Made by a program: the position numbers and the translations under genes
NCBI GenBank assembly: GCA_036149055.1
Contig: JAYZQJ010000084.1
Coordinates: forward strand, 14,482 to 78,481
Reading direction: 5' to 3'
DNA: 64,000 nt
Origin: Myxococcota bacterium
GTDB taxonomy: Bacteria; Myxococcota_A; Polyangia; Polyangiales; Sandaracinaceae
Shown here: piece after piece, positions 28,991 to 38,731 of the stretch
Layout: each line of letters begins with the position of its first letter
Position numbering within the stretch: position 1 is the first letter of the stretch
Notes under the pieces: model-generated
Told to the model about the DNA's origin: nothing
What the model saw: the letters and a program-made list of their open reading frames with translations, nothing else
The model's database searches: none

Positions 28991-31294
28991 TCACTCGCCG
29001 TGCAGCCGCAGGCTCCCGCTGACGCTCCACGCGCCGAAGACCGCCGCCCCCTCGTCGGTCAACGCCGCCCGCGCCGCCAGGGCCACGTCCACCAACCCGA
29101 GCCGCAGCTCCGCGCCGCCGCCGAGCGCGAGCGCCGCCCCGTCTCGATCCGCGCTGCCTCCATCCGCGAACGCTCCCGCGCTCCCCTCGATGGCGGCCCC
29201 GAACGCCAGCGCGTCGATCGGCGCGAAGTCGACGCCGAGGGCCCCCGCCCAGAGCCGCGCGCCCGGGTCTCGCAGATCCACCAGCGCGCCCTGCCGGGTG
29301 CGGAGCGCGAGCCACGGCGCCGGACGCCACGACGCCTCGATCGACGGCGCCAGGCGCACCCGCCCCAGGCTCTCGGGCTCCTGACGCGTCGGGATCCAGG
29401 CGCCTACGTCCACCGCGAGCCCGAGCGCGCCGCGGCCAAAGAGCAGCGCGCCCACCGAGGCGAAGAGATCGGCGTCCCCGCGCCGCTCCGGCGAGCTCGG
29501 TCGAGCGAGCACGTCGAGCTGACTGGCGAAGCCGAGCCGCAGCGGCAGCTCCGGGAGCTGGGCTCGCGCGCCCGCCCCGATCCGCACCTGGGGATCGCCC
29601 GCCGCCTCGATCGCGGTCGCGCTCAGCCACGCCGTCAGCCCGCCGCGCCGCTCGTCCCGCAGGCTCAGCCCCGACGGCCAGGCCACGTCGCCGAACGCGC
29701 TCTGGGCCGGCCGCGGCCGCGTCTCGGGCTCGGGGAGCGCCGGCTCGGGCTCCAGGTTCGGCGCGGCCCGTGGATCGCGCACCGCCAGCACCAGCGCGCC
29801 GAGCGGCACCCGCTCGCTCCCCGCCGCCACCGCCAGCCCGACCCGCGCCTCGCCCGGCGCGTTCGGCGGCGCCCGCACCTCCAGGATCACGCCGCCCTCG
29901 GTCTCCCGCGGCGGCCCCGCGTCGAAGCCCTCGGGCAGCGCCGCCACCAGGGTGCGGATCGGCGGGCCTCCCTCGGGCAGCCGCAGCCGGAGCGCGGTCG
30001 TCCGATCGCGGACCAGCGCCGCGTCGCTCTCCGCCTCCACGCGCACGTCGCGCACCACCACCGCGAGCGGCGCCGGCTCGTCCCCCGCCCGATCCCGGCA
30101 CGTCACGCTGCGGCTCCCGGTCTCGCGCAGGGTCACGATGCCGCTCCACGCGCCGTCGTCGCCCTGGCAATCCATCGTGCGCGGCGCGACCAGCCAGGTC
30201 CCGGGCCAGACCCGCGGCGGCCGGGCCCCCGCGTCGGGCGTGCCGCCGCCCGGCTCCACCAGCCGCGCGAGCCGCACCGTGAACGCGCGCCAGGGCGAGC
30301 GCCGCCCCTCCAGCCCGCGCGGGTCGATGCTGGCCACCGACACGTAGACCGTGCCCTCGGGCAGCCCCTCGGCCGCGAACGAGCGCGCGTCGCCCGCCAC
30401 CTCCAGCGTGGTGAGCAGCTCCGCCCCGCGCGGCGACGCCGCCACCTCCACCCGGTATCGGTCGGCGCCCCGCACCGGCTCGAAGCCCGCGCGCAGGTTC
30501 CCGCCGAGCCCCACGAAGCCGATCACCGGCCCCCGCCGCTCCACCGTCCAGCGCGGCGGAGGCAGGAGCCTCCGGGCCCGGGTCGGACGCTCGCCGCGCC
30601 GCACCACCGTGCCCGTGCCCGGCGGCAGCCGCACCCGCTCGCCGCCCGCCTCCACCGTGGCCACCCGCCGCCCGTGGTTCGCCACCCGGCTCGTGCCGTC
30701 CTCCTCCACGCTGACCACGCCGTCGCCGTCGAGGCTCGCCCGCGAGCTCGGCGTCTCCACCTCGAGCGGCGCTCGCCCGGCCAGCTCGCCCAGCCGGCTG
30801 CGCAGCGCGCCTCGCTCCAGCTCGGCGCGGGTGATCCGCCGCTGGCTCAGCCGCCGCTCCCCGCCGTACACGATCACCAGGGTCCGCTCTCGCACCGTCA
30901 CCTGCGCGTCGTCGGGGAAGGTGATCTCCGCGCTCGCCGCCTCGTGGGTGCGCACCTGAGTGCCGCGCGGCAACCGCTGCCCGGCCCGTGCGTCCGCGAA
31001 CGCCGCCGCGTCCGGCGCTCGCCGCTCCACCCGCCGATGCACCGCGCTCAGCGACGCCGGCGGCTCCGGCGCGGGCAGGGTGAGCACCGCGCCCGGCTCG
31101 AGCGAATGGGGCGGCGGCCCGAGCTGCGGGTTCGCCGCGTGGATCCGGGCATAGAGCTCGCCGTCCCCGTAGACCCGGGCGGCGATGCCCCGGCAGGTGT
31201 CGCCCTCCCGCACCGTGTACCGCGTCGCCTGCGCGAAGGCGGGGGAGGCGAGGAGCGCGAACAGGCTCGCGAGCGGGAGGAGGCCGCGGATCAC
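28991..31294 (-). CDS. LysM + FecR-domain exported protein with probable C-terminal beta-barrel
   Basis: YTVREGDT...LEPGAVLTLP (LysM); VRTHEAASAEITF...VETPSS (FecR); Fn3-like YRVEVA; amphipathic beta strands at the C-terminus. Confidence 0.82.
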   Translation of the reverse strand: MIRGLLPLASLFALLASPAFAQATRYTVREGDTCRGIAARVYGDGELYARIHAANPQLGPPPHSLEPGAVLTLPAPEPPASLSAVHRRVERRAPDAAAFADARAGQRLPRGTQVRTHEAASAEITFPDDAQVTVRERTLVIVYGGERRLSQRRITRAELERGALRSRLGELAGRAPLEVETPSSRASLDGDGVVSVEEDGTSRVANHGRRVATVEAGGERVRLPPGTGTVVRRGERPTRARRLLPPPRWTVERRGPVIGFVGLGGNLRAGFEPVRGADRYRVEVAASPRGAELLTTLEVAGDARSFAAEGLPEGTVYVSVASIDPRGLEGRRSPWRAFTVRLARLVEPGGGTPDAGARPPRVWPGTWLVAPRTMDCQGDDGAWSGIVTLRETGSRSVTCRDRAGDEPAPLAVVVRDVRVEAESDAALVRDRTTALRLRLPEGGPPIRTLVAALPEGFDAGPPRETEGGVILEVRAPPNAPGEARVGLAVAAGSERVPLGALVLAVRDPRAAPNLEPEPALPEPETRPRPAQSAFGDVAWPSGLSLRDERRGGLTAWLSATAIEAAGDPQVRIGAGARAQLPELPLRLGFASQLDVLARPSSPERRGDADLFASVGALLFGRGALGLAVDVGAWIPTRQEPESLGRVRLAPSIEASWRPAPWLALRTRQGALVDLRDPGARLWAGALGVDFAPIDALAFGAAIEGSAGAFADGGSADRDGAALALGGGAELRLGLVDVALAARAALTDEGAAVFGAWSVSGSLRLHGE

Positions 31295-31346
31295 TCGATC
31301 ATGCCGCCTCGCGCCGCCCCCGACCACCGCGTGTCATGATGGCCCC

Positions 31347-32042
31347 ATGCGACGGCGGACGCTGACCGGCTGCGCGCTGCTCCTTGCGGCGTGCGGCGCC
31401 ACCCACGGCGCCGACCTCGACGGCGGCCGCGATGCTGGCCTCGACGCCGCCGTCGAGCTCGACTGCCCGACGCTCCTCGCCCTGGAAGAGGGCGCAACCT
31501 GTCACCCGGAGGGCCTCGTCTGCTTGGGGCCCTACGGCGTCCTCTGCCCGCAGCGTGAGTCGCGCTGCGTCGACGGCCGGGTGCGCCACGGCGAGACCTG
31601 GGCGCGGGACGTCTGGGTGCGGGACGCCTGGGCGCGGGACGGAGGAGCGCCGGTGTGCCCGGAGAGCGAGTCCACCGTCACCCACCTCCACGAGGCCCCC
31701 CGCGGCGAGCCGCTCGAGGTGGTCGCGAGCCAGGAGAGCGGCTTCACCAACTCGCTCACGCTCTTCTTCGTGCCTCCCCCTTTCGAGGCCTGCCGACACC
31801 CGCGCCTGAGGGTGCGTTTCTTCCCCCTCGAGGTCGACAGCTACGAGGGCACCTTCCCGATCGAGGCGCCGCTCGCGCTCGGAGACGGCGAGGTCCCGCT
31901 CTCCGGCGAGGTCGTCATCCACGCGCACGACCGAGACGAGGGGCGCTTCGCCGGTACGATCTCGATGACCGGCGGCGGCCACACCGTCGAGGGCGAGCTC
32001 ACCGTCACCGCCTGCCCCGACCTCCACCGCCCCAGCATCTAG
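31347..32042 (+). CDS. Hypothetical lipoprotein
   Basis: MRRRTLTGCALLLAAC lipobox, DGG/DAG linker, Cys cluster. Confidence 0.7.
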   Translation: MRRRTLTGCALLLAACGATHGADLDGGRDAGLDAAVELDCPTLLALEEGATCHPEGLVCLGPYGVLCPQRESRCVDGRVRHGETWARDVWVRDAWARDGGAPVCPESESTVTHLHEAPRGEPLEVVASQESGFTNSLTLFFVPPPFEACRHPRLRVRFFPLEVDSYEGTFPIEAPLALGDGEVPLSGEVVIHAHDRDEGRFAGTISMTGGGHTVEGELTVTACPDLHRPSI

Positions 32043-32317
32043 ACTTGCTCCAGCGCGGCCATCGCCTCCTCGAGCGACCCGCCGGTCGCCTCGCGCCAGG
32101 TCCGCGCCGCGACGATCCGCTGACCCGCCGCCCACTGCTCGCGGGCTCGCGCGACCGTCGCCGGCTCCCGCGCCGGTCGCTGCCGATCCCGGTCGACCGC
32201 CTGATCCAGGTCCCCCGATCCGGCGCCGCTCCGCACGTCCTCCACGTCGTCGCAGCGGATCCGGCCCGCGGCCACCGCCGCCCCGAACCGGGCGAGCAGC
32301 CGGTCGACCTCCTCCAT
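32039..32317 (-). CDS. Small protein with L7/L12-C-terminal-like motif
   Basis: GQRIVAARTWREATGGSLEEAMAALE resembles the KIxAIKxxRxxTGxxLxEAK motif. Confidence 0.5.
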   Translation of the reverse strand: MEEVDRLLARFGAAVAAGRIRCDDVEDVRSGAGSGDLDQAVDRDRQRPAREPATVARAREQWAAGQRIVAARTWREATGGSLEEAMAALEQV

Positions 32318-32497
32318 GCGCCCACGATCGCCCGCCCGAAGCGCGCACGCCAGCCTCTTCCCGGAATCCGTTATTTGAGAAAAAGTTTGACTCGCGTGTA
32401 ACCCGTCGGGGACTCTGACCGCGGCCAATCCGGCCAGTGTGTGGTTGGAACCCGGTTGGGAGTGTGGATGAAAAGCGGAAGTGTGAGCCTTGGCAAC

Positions 32498-35400
32498 ATG
32501 CCGAGATGGCTAGTGATCATCACGGCGTTCGGCCTCGTGGCCTGCGGCGGCGAGGCGCCGACCGGGGACGCGGGGAGCGACGGCGACGGAGCCGTCATCC
32601 TCGATTCGGGGCGGCCTGATTCGGGGAGGCCTGATTCGGGGCCACCACCCGTGGAGTGCCCGGACGGCTGCCTGGTGGACGGCAGCTGCTACCCGGACGG
32701 CGCCCCCAGCCCGACCAACCCCTGCGAGGTCTGTGACGCCTCCGTCGCCACCGACGCCTTCAGCCCGAACGACGGGGCCCGCTGCGACGACGGCTCCTTC
32801 TGCACCACGGACGACGTGTGCTCGGCCGGCGTCTGCGGCGGGACCTACCGCGACTGCGACGACGGCATCGCCTGCAACGGCGAGGAGAGCTGCGACGAGG
32901 CCGCCGGGGCCTGCGCGGCCGGCGCGCCGACCTGCGCGTCCGGGGAGATCTGCGACGCGCTGAGCAGCATGTGCGTGCTCGACTGCTCGGGCTGCCTCGT
33001 CGACGGCGTCTGCTACGGCGACGGCCAGGTCGACCCGCTGAACCCCTGCCGCGTCTGCGACCCGAGCGCGAGCCGCTCGGCCTGGAGCGACAACGACGGC
33101 GCCCGATGCGACGACGGCGCGTTCTGTACGACCGGCGACGTCTGCGCGGCCGGCGTCTGCACCGGCGGCGCCCCGCGCGCCTGCGACGACGGCGTGGCCT
33201 GCAACGGCGTCGAGACCTGCGACGAGCTCGCGAGCGCCTGCGTCGCGGGCGCGGGCACCTGCGCCGCGGACGAGGTCTGCGACGTCGGCGCCGACGCCTG
33301 CCGCGCGACCTGCACCGGCTGCGTCATCGGCGGCGTCTGCTACGGCGACGGCCAGCGCAACCCCGCCAACCAGTGCCAGGTCTGCGACCCGGCGATCGAC
33401 GGCGCGGCGTGGAGCGACGACGACGGCGCCCGCTGCGACGACGGCCTCTTCTGCACCACGGGCGACACCTGCGCGGCGGGGACCTGCGGCGGCGCGGCGC
33501 GCGACTGCGGCGACGGCATCGCCTGCAACGGGGCCGAGACCTGCGACGAGGCCAGCGGCGCGTGCGTCGCCGGCGCCCCCACCTGCGGCAGCGGCACGCT
33601 CTGCGAGCCCGCGACCGACAGCTGCGTCACGACCTGCGCGGGCTGCGTCATCGGCGGCGTCTGCTACGGCGACGGCCAGCTCGACCCGAGCAACCCCTGC
33701 CAGGTCTGCGACGCGGCCGTCTCGGCGACCGCCTGGACCGACAACGACGGCGCGCGCTGCGACGACGGCCTCTTCTGCACCGACGCCGACACCTGCTCGA
33801 TGGGCACCTGCGCCGGCGTGGCCCGCGACTGCTCGGACGGCGTCAGCTGCAACGGCGCCGAGACCTGCGACGAGGCCGCGGGCGCCTGCACCTCGGGCAG
33901 CTCCACCTGCGCCGCCTTCGAGGTGTGCGACGTCTCGTCGGACCGCTGCGAGGCCACCTGCGCCGGCTGCGTGACCGGCGGCGTCTGCTACGCCGACGGC
34001 ACCGCCAACCCCGCCAACCCCTGCGAGGTGTGCGACGTCGCCCGCTCGCGCGGCGCGTTCAGCGTGAACGACGGCGCCTCGTGCGACGACGGCCTCTTCT
34101 GCACCACCGGCGACGTCTGCGCGGGCGGCACCTGCGCCGGCACGGCGACCAACTTCTGTGACGACGGCGTCAGCTGCAACGGCGCCGAGACCTGCAGCGA
34201 GGGGAGCGACCGCTGCGTCGCCGGCGCCACCACCTGCGGCGCGGGCGAGGCCTGCGACCCGAGCGCCGACGTCTGCCGCACCACCTGCAGCGGCTGCGTC
34301 ATCGGCGGCGTCTGCTACGCGCCGGCGACCACCGACCCGATGGATCCCTGTCAGGTCTGCGACCCCGCCCGGTCCACCAGCGCGTGGTCGATCAACGACG
34401 GCGGGCGCTGCGACGACGGGCTCTTCTGCACCACCGGCGACGTCTGCGACGCGAGCGGCGTCTGCGGCGGCGCGGCCCGGGACTGCGGCGACGGCGTGAG
34501 CTGCAACGGCGCCGAGACCTGCAACGAGTCGAGCGATCGCTGCGACCCCGGGGCGAGCGCCTGCGCGGCCGGGACCGTCTGCGACACCGGCGCCGACATG
34601 TGCGTCCTGACCTGCGCCGGCTGCGCGATCGGCGGCGCCTGCTACGCCCCCGGCAGCGTCAACCCGGCCAACCCGTGCGAGGTCTGCGATACCGCCGCCT
34701 CCACCTCGGGCTGGACGGCCAACGTGGGCGCGGCGTGCGACGACGGGCAGTACTGCACCACCGGCGAGGTCTGCTCGCCGGCGGGCACCTGCGGCGGCGG
34801 CGCGGCGCGTGACTGCGGCGACGGCGTGGCCTGCAACGGCAGCGAGACCTGCAACGAGATGACCGATCGCTGCGACGCCGGGACCAGCACCTGCGGCGCG
34901 GGCGCGGTCTGCGACGCGGCCAGCGACATGTGCGTGCTGAGCTGCGGCGGCGGCACCACCCAGTGCGGCGCCTCGTGCGTCGACACCGACAACGACCCCG
35001 CGAACTGCGGCGGCTGCGGCGCGGCCTGCATGGGCGCCAACGCCACCGACGTCTGCGTCGGCGGCGCCTGCCGCTACCTCTGCGACCCGGGCTACGGCGA
35101 CTGCGACGCCGCGGTCGACGGCTGCGAGACCGACCTGTCGTCCGACGCCGCGAACTGCGGCGCCTGCGGCAACGCCTGCTCCGGCGGCGCGACCTGCAGC
35201 GGCGGCGCGTGCCGCTCCTGGTCCACCAGCGCCTCGCCGGTGGCCATCCCGGCCTCGAACGGCTGCCAGCTGCTCTGGGACAGCAACGCCGACCAGATCG
35301 AGGTGCTCGACGACGGCACCGTCGTCGTCCTCCTGCGCTGCTCCGGCCCGGGGCTCGCCATCTCGGTGAGCACCGACTCCGGCCGCACCTTCTCCTCACC

Positions 35401-36196
35401 GCGCAGCGTGGGCGTCGGCCTGCCCATCGCCGGCGCGGTCTACGCCAGCAGCGCGAGCGAGGTCTACGTGCTCTACGCGAACGGCTCCACCGTCTACGTG
35501 CGCCGCACCACCACCCTCGGCACGAGCTGGGACTCGGTGCGCGGGGTCGGCGGCCCGTTCTCGCCCTCGGGGCCCGGCCCCGCGCTCGACCTCGAGGGGC
35601 GAGGCGGCGTGCTCTACGCCACCTTCGGCAACGGCGACAGCCGCTCCTACGTGTACAGCAGCACCAACGGCGGCAACTCGTGGTCGTCGCTGCCGACGCA
35701 CCCCATCGGCGGCACGAACTACTGCCCCGACCTCGGCTTCGACTCCGGCGGAGCGCTCATGTACATGAACGAGCCCGGGCACCGGCTCTCCCGCTTCTCG
35801 GGCACCTGGATGACCGCGGGGTCGCTCGGCGGCGACTCGTACTCCGACTTCGCCATGGGCGGGACCTGGGCGTACGGCGGAGGCGCCAGCCCCACCGTGC
35901 GTCGCGCCGCGATGGCCGGCGGTCCCGTCGTCTCGCAGTCGCTCACCGGAGGCCGCGGCTCGATGGACGCCGACGACTCCGGCGACCTCTACTACTCGCG
36001 GCAGCTCGGCTCCACCGCCGTTCGACTCTACCGCTGGGTCGACGGCGCCCCCACCGTGGGCATGCCCATCGACGTGACGGTCCCCGGCGGCAGCTCCATC
36101 TCGGCCCTCGCCGCGCCGCCCAACGGCGACGTGTCGGTCACCGCCGTCTACTCCAACACCAGCCAGCCCATCGTCGTGCACGTCCAGGCGTACTGA
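32498..36196 (+). CDS. Large Cys-rich repeat surface lipoprotein with C-terminal Asp-box beta-propeller
   Basis: FGLVAC lipobox; seven ~108-aa Cys/Asp repeats; DPANCGGCG-type modules; STDSGRTF and STNGGNSW Asp-boxes; start could be 32468. Confidence 0.85.
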   Translation: MPRWLVIITAFGLVACGGEAPTGDAGSDGDGAVILDSGRPDSGRPDSGPPPVECPDGCLVDGSCYPDGAPSPTNPCEVCDASVATDAFSPNDGARCDDGSFCTTDDVCSAGVCGGTYRDCDDGIACNGEESCDEAAGACAAGAPTCASGEICDALSSMCVLDCSGCLVDGVCYGDGQVDPLNPCRVCDPSASRSAWSDNDGARCDDGAFCTTGDVCAAGVCTGGAPRACDDGVACNGVETCDELASACVAGAGTCAADEVCDVGADACRATCTGCVIGGVCYGDGQRNPANQCQVCDPAIDGAAWSDDDGARCDDGLFCTTGDTCAAGTCGGAARDCGDGIACNGAETCDEASGACVAGAPTCGSGTLCEPATDSCVTTCAGCVIGGVCYGDGQLDPSNPCQVCDAAVSATAWTDNDGARCDDGLFCTDADTCSMGTCAGVARDCSDGVSCNGAETCDEAAGACTSGSSTCAAFEVCDVSSDRCEATCAGCVTGGVCYADGTANPANPCEVCDVARSRGAFSVNDGASCDDGLFCTTGDVCAGGTCAGTATNFCDDGVSCNGAETCSEGSDRCVAGATTCGAGEACDPSADVCRTTCSGCVIGGVCYAPATTDPMDPCQVCDPARSTSAWSINDGGRCDDGLFCTTGDVCDASGVCGGAARDCGDGVSCNGAETCNESSDRCDPGASACAAGTVCDTGADMCVLTCAGCAIGGACYAPGSVNPANPCEVCDTAASTSGWTANVGAACDDGQYCTTGEVCSPAGTCGGGAARDCGDGVACNGSETCNEMTDRCDAGTSTCGAGAVCDAASDMCVLSCGGGTTQCGASCVDTDNDPANCGGCGAACMGANATDVCVGGACRYLCDPGYGDCDAAVDGCETDLSSDAANCGACGNACSGGATCSGGACRSWSTSASPVAIPASNGCQLLWDSNADQIEVLDDGTVVVLLRCSGPGLAISVSTDSGRTFSSPRSVGVGLPIAGAVYASSASEVYVLYANGSTVYVRRTTTLGTSWDSVRGVGGPFSPSGPGPALDLEGRGGVLYATFGNGDSRSYVYSSTNGGNSWSSLPTHPIGGTNYCPDLGFDSGGALMYMNEPGHRLSRFSGTWMTAGSLGGDSYSDFAMGGTWAYGGGASPTVRRAAMAGGPVVSQSLTGGRGSMDADDSGDLYYSRQLGSTAVRLYRWVDGAPTVGMPIDVTVPGGSSISALAAPPNGDVSVTAVYSNTSQPIVVHVQAY
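32666..34945 (+). repeat. Seven tandem ~324-327-bp intragenic repeats
   Basis: Each unit begins GC(L/V/A)xxGxCY and contains CDDGxFCT and CNGxETC. Confidence 0.9.
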
Positions 36197-36252
36197 CACT
36201 CGGCTGCCCCGCGAGCGCCCCCGTCGGTCCCGCCGGCGGGGGCGTCCGTGGT

Positions 36253-36756
36253 TCAGGGCCCGAAGCACTCGAAGCGCAGGCCCGGCGCGACGCGCACGTC
36301 GTCGGCGGCGAAGCTCGCCACCGGAGGCGCGCCGTCGGGGAAGGTGAGGGCGAGCCGCACGTCGACGGCGTCGTCGCTCACCGGGGTGATGGCGCCGGTG
36401 ACCTCGAGGGCCTCGACGCCGTCGAAGGTGAGCGGGCCGGGATCGGCGCAGCGCCCCGGCCGCCAGAACACGCCTTGCAGCAGGAGCTCGGGCGGCAGGG
36501 CGACGTCGACGGCGCTCGGGGTGGGCCGCATCGAGGCCCCTGGCCCGGCGGGCTGCAGTGCCACCACCAGGCAGCCCTCGCCCGAGCGCGGCCGCTGCAT
36601 CACGAGCTGCAGCGCCTCACACGACCCGTCGCAGCCGCGGCTCTTGGTGCAGTACCGCCGCGCCGGCTCGGGGTCGTTGAGCCCGTGCGACAGGGCGCAG
36701 CCGGAGGTGAAGAGCGCGAAGAACAGGTTCCCGAAGACCACGGCCCACCGCGACAT
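36253..36756 (-). CDS. Hypothetical lipoprotein
   Basis: LFTSGC lipobox; TAGACA 6 nt upstream of the ATG. Confidence 0.6.
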   Translation of the reverse strand: MSRWAVVFGNLFFALFTSGCALSHGLNDPEPARRYCTKSRGCDGSCEALQLVMQRPRSGEGCLVVALQPAGPGASMRPTPSAVDVALPPELLLQGVFWRPGRCADPGPLTFDGVEALEVTGAITPVSDDAVDVRLALTFPDGAPPVASFAADDVRVAPGLRFECFGP

Positions 36757-36765
36757 GGCGCTTGT

Positions 36766-38025
36766 CTATCTCCGAGCGGGCTCCGCGTCACGCGCCGCGC
36801 GCAGCAGCTTGCGGGCCAGCTCCGCCGCCGACACCGGCCGGAGCACCACGTCGGCCGCCCCGGCGGCGAGCATCGCGGTCAGCCGCCCGAGGTCGCCCCG
36901 GTCGGCGTCGGTCAGCACCGGCGGGCCAGCCTCCGCCAGCGCCCGCACCTCGGCCTCGCTCGCGCCCGGCGCGTACAGCGCGCGCGTCGCCGCGTCGACC
37001 GGCTCGGCGTCGGTCACCACGAACGCCGCGATCCCGTTCGCGCTCAGGCCGAGCATCAGCTCGGGCGTCACCGCGCCCACCACCCCCACCTCGGGCGCGT
37101 CGCTCCCCGCCTCCGCCCGGGGCGCGGCGTCCACCATGCGCGCGGCCCGGGCCCCGAGGTAGCCGTCGGCGCTCGCCCGCACCCGGCCGCGGTCGGGATC
37201 CGGGTCCAGCAGCGCCAGCCGGTCGCGCGCCTCGGCCGCCTCCGGCCGTCGGTCCGGGGACTTGTCGAGCATCGCCCGCCGGAGCGCGTCGAGCGCCGCC
37301 GGGACCTCGAGCCCGCCCTCGCGCGCCAGCGGCGGCGGCGGCGCGAACATCTGCTTGGTCAGCACCTCCATCTCGGTCCCCGAGAACGGCGGCCGGCCGG
37401 TGATCAGCTCGTGCAGCACGCAGCCCAGCGCGTACACGTCGGTCGGCGGCCCCACCGCCTCGCCCCGCGCCTGTTCCGGCGAGAGATAGGCCGGGGTGCC
37501 GACCACCACGCCCTCCCGGGTCATGCGCCCGCCGGGGCCGTCCTCGGCCGCCAGGAACGCGAGCCCGAAGTCGAGCACCCGCACCGCGCCGCCCTGGAGC
37601 ACCACGTTCTCCGGCTTCAGATCCCGGTGCACCAGCCCCACCGCGTGAGCCGCCGCGAGCACGTCGGCGAGCTGGGTCGCCACGTCGATCGCGGCCGCCG
37701 CGTCGAGCGGGCCCCGGCTCACCCGGGCGGCCAGCGTCTCGCCCTCGAGCAGCTCCATCGCGAGGTACGCCGTGCCCTCGTGCTCGCCGAAGTCGAAGAT
37801 GGCCACCGCCGACGGATGGGGCAGCGCGCTCAGCGCCCGGGCCTCCCGCTCGAAGCGCGCCCGCGCCTTCGGGGCCGCGGTCAGCTCCGCTCGCAGCAGC
37901 TTCAGGGCCACCGGCCGCTCCATCGGCAGCTGGGTCGCCCGGTAGACCACGCCCATGCCCCCGCGCCCGAGCTCCGCCTCGACCCGGAAGCGCCCCGCGA
38001 CGACTGTCCCCGCCTCGACCTCCAC
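36766..38025 (-). CDS. Cytoplasmic Ser/Thr kinase with degenerate receiver-like C-terminus
   Basis: LGRGGMG, HRDLKPEN, DFGLA, GTPAYLSPEQ; C-terminal AGAADVVLRPVSAAELARKL. Confidence 0.9.
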   Translation of the reverse strand: MEVEAGTVVAGRFRVEAELGRGGMGVVYRATQLPMERPVALKLLRAELTAAPKARARFEREARALSALPHPSAVAIFDFGEHEGTAYLAMELLEGETLAARVSRGPLDAAAAIDVATQLADVLAAAHAVGLVHRDLKPENVVLQGGAVRVLDFGLAFLAAEDGPGGRMTREGVVVGTPAYLSPEQARGEAVGPPTDVYALGCVLHELITGRPPFSGTEMEVLTKQMFAPPPPLAREGGLEVPAALDALRRAMLDKSPDRRPEAAEARDRLALLDPDPDRGRVRASADGYLGARAARMVDAAPRAEAGSDAPEVGVVGAVTPELMLGLSANGIAAFVVTDAEPVDAATRALYAPGASEAEVRALAEAGPPVLTDADRGDLGRLTAMLAAGAADVVLRPVSAAELARKLLRAARDAEPARR

Positions 38026-38069
38026 GCCCCGTTCCTACCGGCCTGCGCGGCGGAAAGGAAGCGCGCCCG

Positions 38070-38642
38070 TCAGACGCCGCAGTCGTCGTTCACCTCGCCC
38101 CCGCACTCGCGCTGCTTGGCGACGAAGCACGCCTCGAAGGGCATCAGCGCGTGGCCGCACTCCTCCACGCAGGCCCGGGGATCGCCGCGGCGCGCGCCCG
38201 CCTGGCAGGCCGGGGACGCCCCCTCCGCGCAGCACGTCAGCCCGTCCCAGTTGCCCTGGCAGCCGCGCGCGTTGACGCAGCGGACCAGGCTCTGGAGCAC
38301 GCACCCGAAGCACGCCGGGTCCCGTTCGAGGCACCGGATGTCGCAGTCCGAGTCCTCGCAGCGGGCCAGACACTCCCGGGTGCGGTCCGAGCACGCCGAT
38401 CGGTCGGGCCGCGGCACCTCCGATCCGCAGAGCGGCGCGCCGGGCCCCGCGTCGCCCGGATCGACGACGACCCCCGAGTCGCGAGGCCGCGGATCCACGA
38501 CCCCGGCGTCCCTCACCCCCGGAGCCCCGGCGTCGCGCGAGACCGCCCCGTCCCGCGGAGGCGCGGTCGGCGCCCCCTCCAGGTCGTGGGCCGCGTAGCA
38601 GCCGGACAAGAGACAGAGCGCGAAGGCCGAGACGAGTCGCAT
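38070..38642 (-). CDS. Cys-rich lipoprotein (paralog 1)
   Basis: LLSGC lipobox, DAG linker, CxxxC helical repeats. Confidence 0.8.
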   Translation of the reverse strand: MRLVSAFALCLLSGCYAAHDLEGAPTAPPRDGAVSRDAGAPGVRDAGVVDPRPRDSGVVVDPGDAGPGAPLCGSEVPRPDRSACSDRTRECLARCEDSDCDIRCLERDPACFGCVLQSLVRCVNARGCQGNWDGLTCCAEGASPACQAGARRGDPRACVEECGHALMPFEACFVAKQRECGGEVNDDCGV

Positions 38643-38678
38643 CCCGGCAGCGTCGGCGGCCCCGCGTCACCCGGCGCG

Positions 38679-38730
38679 CGGAAGATCGACGCGGCGCGAC
38701 GAAAGACCGGCCCCTCGCCCCGGAAGACCG
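38679..38730. promoter_or_regulatory. Three direct repeats CG(G/A)AAGA(T/C)CG at exact 21-bp period
   Basis: Copies start at 38679, 38700 and 38721, in the intergenic region upstream of paralog 1. Confidence 0.55.
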
Positions 38731-38731
38731 G

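Noticed and set aside
32603..32641. 15-bp tandem repeat encoding DSGRP-DSGRP-DSG
   Set aside because: An ordinary low-complexity linker after a lipobox, like the DAG/DSG linkers in other lipoproteins in this window.
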